From Myxococcota bacterium (GTDB lineage: Bacteria > Myxococcota > Myxococcia > Myxococcales > Myxococcaceae), in contig JBMORE010000163.1 in assembly GCA_049322255.1 (NCBI GenBank), positions 44,523 through 64,522 of the forward strand: a stretch of 20,000 nucleotides of DNA, written 5' to 3'. The notes under the pieces are model-generated. The model saw only the letters and a program-made list of their open reading frames with translations, was not told the DNA's origin and ran no database searches. How positions within the stretch are numbered: the first letter of the stretch is position 1; each line of letters opens with the position of its first letter. A program made the translations under genes and the position numbers. Of the stretch, positions 16,950 through 20,000 are shown one piece after another.

Positions 16950-17568
16950 GTGGCGGAGAGTGGGCGGGAGTACTTCCGGCGCAAGCCGGAGTCCAAGCAT
17001 TTCGGGCGGCGGCTGGCGTTGGGAGGAGGGTTCTCGCTCCACGCTGGCACGCTACGGAGCGCGGGGCCCCCTCGCCGAGCCCAGGCTGTCCTTGCGCGAA
17101 GACGGACGTTACGCCTACCAGACGAAGCGTGGAGTGACGCTGGTAATGACGGAGGAACAGTTGGTGCGGCGTTTGTTGAGCCTCATCCCTCCAAAGGGCT
17201 TGCATCTGACCAACTTCCACGGGGTGTTTGCCTCCCACTCGCGCATGCGGGAGAAGTTGGTGCCGCAGCGAACGGTGCGCGAGGAAAATACGAGGAGCGC
17301 CGGTGCCGGGCGTTCCGCACCGCAGTCCGCCGGGGACCTGCCGAGAATGAGCCAAAAGAAGCGGCCGCGGCTGGACTGGGCGGCCCTGCATGCACGGACG
17401 TGGCAAGTGGACGTCTGGCGCTGCCCGTGCGGTGGGAGGAGGAAGGTGACGGCGGTGGTGACGAGCGGGCGCACAGCGGAGCGGGTGCTCGAGAACATGG
17501 GCTTACTCGGCCCACGGCCACCTCTACCCGCCGCGCAGTCGCCGCCCCAACTGACGTTGGCGGTTTGA
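16950..17568 (+). pseudogene. IS91/ISCR-like rolling-circle (HUH) transposase, internally deleted and frameshifted
   Basis: N-terminal YFRRKPE and GFSLHAG in one frame; LARYGARGP…RL, LIPPKGLHLTNFHGVFASHS, LDWAALHARTWQVDVWRCPCGG in another frame; Zn-finger and HUH regions absent. Confidence 0.85.
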
Positions 17569-17751
17569 GGCAACGCTGAACCGGACCGTGCCGCCGCTCC
17601 CGCCAGCGCCGCGAAGGCGCTGGTGCGCCCAAAGAGCGGAACAGGCCCATCGCCGCACCCTCCACGCGCCGAACAAGCTGCGTCGCGCACCCTCCAGCCC
17701 GGCACGCGCTACTTGCCCGCGCGTCTAGAAATGCAGTTTGATCTTCCTCAC
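16950..17751 (+). mobile_element. Defective IS91/ISCR-like element; right end at a putative oriIS, left (terIS) end not defined
   Basis: Transposase remnant, hairpin CCAGCGCC-GCGAA-GGCGCTGG (17603-17623), and GCAGTTTGATCTTCCT (17733-17748) resembling the ISCR oriIS end, after which unrelated coding sequence starts. Confidence 0.65.
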
Positions 17752-17898
17752 CTTCCCCAACTCGAGGCTGCGCTCAACGATCCCGCGACGTACTCCGACC
17801 CGAACGTCGACGCCGTGCGCCTCTCCGCCGACCTGGAGGCCGCGTCGAAAGAGGTCGATCGCCTCTATGCTCGCTGGCAGGAGCTACAGAGCTCGTGA
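17752..17898 (+). pseudogene. Orphan C-terminal fragment of a Uup-like ABC-F ATPase (ABC_tran_CTD)
   Basis: LEAALNDPATYSD…DLEAASKEVDRLYARWQEL* matches the LExxLxDPxxY…LYxRWxEL tail of Uup/ABC-F proteins; no ATPase domains upstream. Confidence 0.75.
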
Positions 17899-17930
17899 AT
17901 CCCTGAGCTGCGGGCAGTAAGAGGCGCATC

Positions 17931-18362
17931 ATGACCAAGACTCTTCTCGCTGCTGCCCTGACCACCACAGTGCTTCTCGGCGGGTGCATTGCTCTCGGTT
18001 GGCGTTTTGGTCCGGGCTTCGCGTTGACGGACACTCCGCTGGACGAAGCGCTCTTCTCGGAGCCGCCCGTCGTGGTGCACCGGGGCGAGGAGTACTTTCT
18101 GACCTGGACCCAGGGGAGTTACCCGTACTTCTTCCAGCCAAACTACAAGGCGATGGACGGTCGGCTTGTGTTCGCGCTGGTGGCCACAAGCAGCTCCGGG
18201 AACCTTGCTGGACGCCACCGGGAGATGAAGATCGAGGGTGCCCACAACCTTCAGGCTCTGCAGCGCGGAGGCGCCTACTGGTGGCAGCGGGAGCCTGAGC
18301 CCGACGGAAACTTCGTGCCGCTAAAGATTGTGGAACCGTCCCCGCCAGCGCCACCCCGGTAA
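17931..18362 (+). CDS. Hypothetical lipoprotein
   Basis: AGAGG RBS, ATG; signal MTKTLLAAALTTTVLLGG-C; 143 aa, aromatic-rich. Confidence 0.7.
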   Translation: MTKTLLAAALTTTVLLGGCIALGWRFGPGFALTDTPLDEALFSEPPVVVHRGEEYFLTWTQGSYPYFFQPNYKAMDGRLVFALVATSSSGNLAGRHREMKIEGAHNLQALQRGGAYWWQREPEPDGNFVPLKIVEPSPPAPPR

Positions 18363-18427
18363 ACGTCTTGACGACGCTCCGGACGAGCTTAGGCGCGAGC
18401 TGTTCAGCTCTCTCGTGTCGAATACAC

Positions 18428-18538
18428 CTACGGCGATGTGCCAACGCGCGACAGCCAGTAACCTGGGCGCCTGCTCGAGTGGGCGATTGCCACGATGAAG
18501 ACCGCCTCCTCCTCGACGATGTACGGGAGGAGGGTCAT
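18428..18538 (-). pseudogene. C-terminal remnant of a RelE/ParE-family toxin
   Basis: Translates to MTLLPYIVEEEAVFIVAIAHSSRRPGYWLSRVGTSP*; IxAxAHxxRxPGYW is the typical ParE-like C-terminus. Too short for the ORF track. Confidence 0.75.
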
Positions 18539-18544
18539 CGGTGG

Positions 18545-19072
18545 TCAGTCGACTCCCGAGTCGAACATGATGGACCCCAAGGGCAGGAACATTGCGCTGG
18601 GCGCGGGTCGGTCGCCGAGCTCACCCGCGAGGGCCTCCATGTGCTCGAAGCCGTAGGACTCGTAGAAGGCTATGGCGTCCGCCTTCGCGTCGACGACCAC
18701 CCCGAGGCAGCCGACCTTCTGCGCCATCTCGCGCGCCAGAAGAAAGGCGGCCTTGAGCAGCTCGCTCCCTATGCCGCGTCGTTGAGACGGGCCATGCACG
18801 GCCAGACGCGCGATGCGCAGCGCAGGTAGAGGGTATCCAGGCAGGCCCTTTCGCCGCCGCGCGGGGAGGTTGGCAATCTCGACCTCGGCGGCCACCACGG
18901 TGACGAAGCCATGGATGAGCTCGCCCTCGATGGCGACGTAGGTGGTTCCGATGTGGTGGCGGAACTGATTCTGGCCAGCAAACCGCTGGAAGAAGCGGTC
19001 CAGCTCGATGTTGCCGGACCGGAAGGTCGAGCGGTCGTCTTCTGGCCGCAGCCGCCGAATCTCGAGTGGCAC
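18545..19072 (-). CDS. GNAT acetyltransferase toxin (TacT/AtaT-like type II TA)
   Basis: DRSTFRSGNIELDRFF, LPGYPLPALRIARLAV, QRRGIGSELL (acetyl-CoA motif), VVVDAK…AFYESYGF. Confidence 0.9.
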   Translation of the reverse strand: MPLEIRRLRPEDDRSTFRSGNIELDRFFQRFAGQNQFRHHIGTTYVAIEGELIHGFVTVVAAEVEIANLPARRRKGLPGYPLPALRIARLAVHGPSQRRGIGSELLKAAFLLAREMAQKVGCLGVVVDAKADAIAFYESYGFEHMEALAGELGDRPAPSAMFLPLGSIMFDSGVD

Positions 19073-19079
19073 GGCGACG

Positions 19080-19349
19080 CTACTTCTTCGAAAAGAGCTT
19101 CTTCATCGCGGCGGTCGGCGGCCGAGGATTTGCCAGCCGCTCAAGGATGCGCTCGCCGCTCTCTCGGCTTACCACGATGCGCGTGGGGATGATGACGTCC
19201 AGTGGCAGCTCCTTGAGTGCCTGCAGGTGGTGCAGGAGGGCGTCTTCAACCAGGCGCCCCTGCTTTACTCCGTGAGCCTCTGCGTACCGCTCCAACTCCT
19301 TCTTGGTGGAGACGGAAACGTGAGCGGAGATTTGCGTTTCGTCGATCAT
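19080..19349 (-). CDS. RHH antitoxin (DUF1778/TacA-like) of the GNAT toxin
   Basis: QISAHVS beta strand followed by two helices; C-terminal LERLANPRPPTAAMKKLF typical of DUF1778-like antitoxins; 7 bp upstream of the GNAT gene. Confidence 0.85.
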   Translation of the reverse strand: MIDETQISAHVSVSTKKELERYAEAHGVKQGRLVEDALLHHLQALKELPLDVIIPTRIVVSRESGERILERLANPRPPTAAMKKLFSKK

Positions 19350-19499
19350 GAATTGCCTCGCCCGTGATTTCTACCAAAAGATATAGGCTCAAGGGGGCTA
19401 GAGCAAGTCGGCCAAGCCGTGGGGCGCTGGGGGCCACTTGCGCGAGGCTCGAACGGCGAGCGCGCTCTGGTGTTGTGACCGGCCGGCGCCGCCGAAAAA

Positions 19500-19610
19500 T
19501 GGGCGATGGTCTTCATGACCACCGAGGCTGGTCGAAAGGTGCTGCTCGCTCGGATTGCGTCGAGCTCCGCCTGGGCGGCGGGGTGGACCCGCAAATGCCA
19601 GCGGCGTCAC
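19500..19610 (-). pseudogene. Degraded N-terminal remnant of a RelE/ParE-family toxin
   Basis: GTGA overlap with the antitoxin stop; WHLRVHPAAQAELDAI resembles the ParE HPxAxxEL start but is out of frame with the GTG; similarity then decays. Confidence 0.6.
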
Positions 19611-19858
19611 ACGCCGTGCTTTCGTCGAAGCTCCTCGCGGGCGGTACGCACCATCTGCGCGCCGTCCACGGTCTTCACCTGGCCTGCGCGAAGCTCTTCT
19701 ACGCGCCGGACGATTTCAGCGCTCCACTCAGCTTCGACGACAGCAGGGGCATCCGGCGCGTCTTCCTCCAGGCTGAGCGCAAGAGCGTGCAAAAGCGCTG
19801 CTCGCTCGGTCGCCGGCAGGGCCAGCGCATCCATGAAGACGTCGTCCTTCTTTGCCAT
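19607..19858 (-). CDS. Putative addiction-module antitoxin (TIGR02574/Unstab_antitox-like)
   Basis: AGGAGG RBS, ATG 19858; ALALPATERAALLHALALSL…AEWSAEIVRRVEELRAG motif. Confidence 0.85.
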   Translation of the reverse strand: MAKKDDVFMDALALPATERAALLHALALSLEEDAPDAPAVVEAEWSAEIVRRVEELRAGQVKTVDGAQMVRTAREELRRKHGV

Positions 19859-19879
19859 GCTCAAGTGCTCCCTCCTTTC

Positions 19880-19999
19880 CTTCGCCGCCGCTATTCCGGC
19901 GGCAGTCCACACAAGGATGGCAATACCGACCACGAGAGCGAAGCGAGCCAAGTGAGCTGGGTTCTTGAACTGGGTCCATTCCAGCTTGAGGCCGAACCG
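19880..19999 (-). mobile_element. Fragment of an IS4-family DDE transposase entering from the right edge
   Basis: RFGLKLEWTQFKNPAHLARFALVVGIAILVW resembles the GxxLExT…L.R…A..W helix that follows the catalytic Glu in IS4-family transposases; short and cut by the window edge. Confidence 0.5.
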
Positions 20000-20000
20000 A

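Noticed and set aside
19370..19405. Possible sigma70 promoter TTGCTC-N17-TATCTT for the GNAT TA operon
   Set aside because: Plausible but only a partial consensus match; not enough to list as a feature.
1..20000. CRISPR arrays, tRNA/rRNA genes, integron attC sites
   Set aside because: No regularly spaced repeats or recognisable structural RNA seen by eye; the TA-rich right end showed no convincing attC pattern, though an IntegronFinder/Infernal run would be needed to exclude them.

Overview
GC-rich bacterial window; gene content and codon style suggest Myxococcota (inference). Left to right: (1) a putative metal-handling locus: tail of an upstream ORF, a lipoprotein fusing two Cys/His metal-binding repeats to a thioredoxin domain, and a CxxC/His-rich outer-membrane barrel; (2) an alpha/beta hydrolase; (3) an MNT-HEPN toxin-antitoxin-like pair; (4) a minus-strand envelope operon (small membrane protein, secreted protein, DUF1207-like protein); (5) a very basic, probably DNA-binding protein with terminator; (6) a lipoprotein; (7) a sigma54 enhancer-binding protein with a non-canonical N-terminus, divergent from an NfeD-like plus two-flotillin operon, with a -24/-12 promoter and a 22-bp palindrome between them; (8) a REC-GGDEF diguanylate cyclase with a near-consensus sigma54 promoter; (9) an OPT transporter with a large insertion; (10) a decayed accessory zone: an internally deleted IS91/ISCR-like element, an orphan Uup-like C-terminus, a lipoprotein, an intact GNAT-RHH TA pair lying between two ParE-like toxin fragments, an addiction-module antitoxin and an IS4-like transposase fragment. 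The best candidates for undescribed systems are the sigma54-EBP/NfeD/double-flotillin module and the metal-motif thioredoxin/barrel module. All family calls come from motif recognition by eye; no searches were run.
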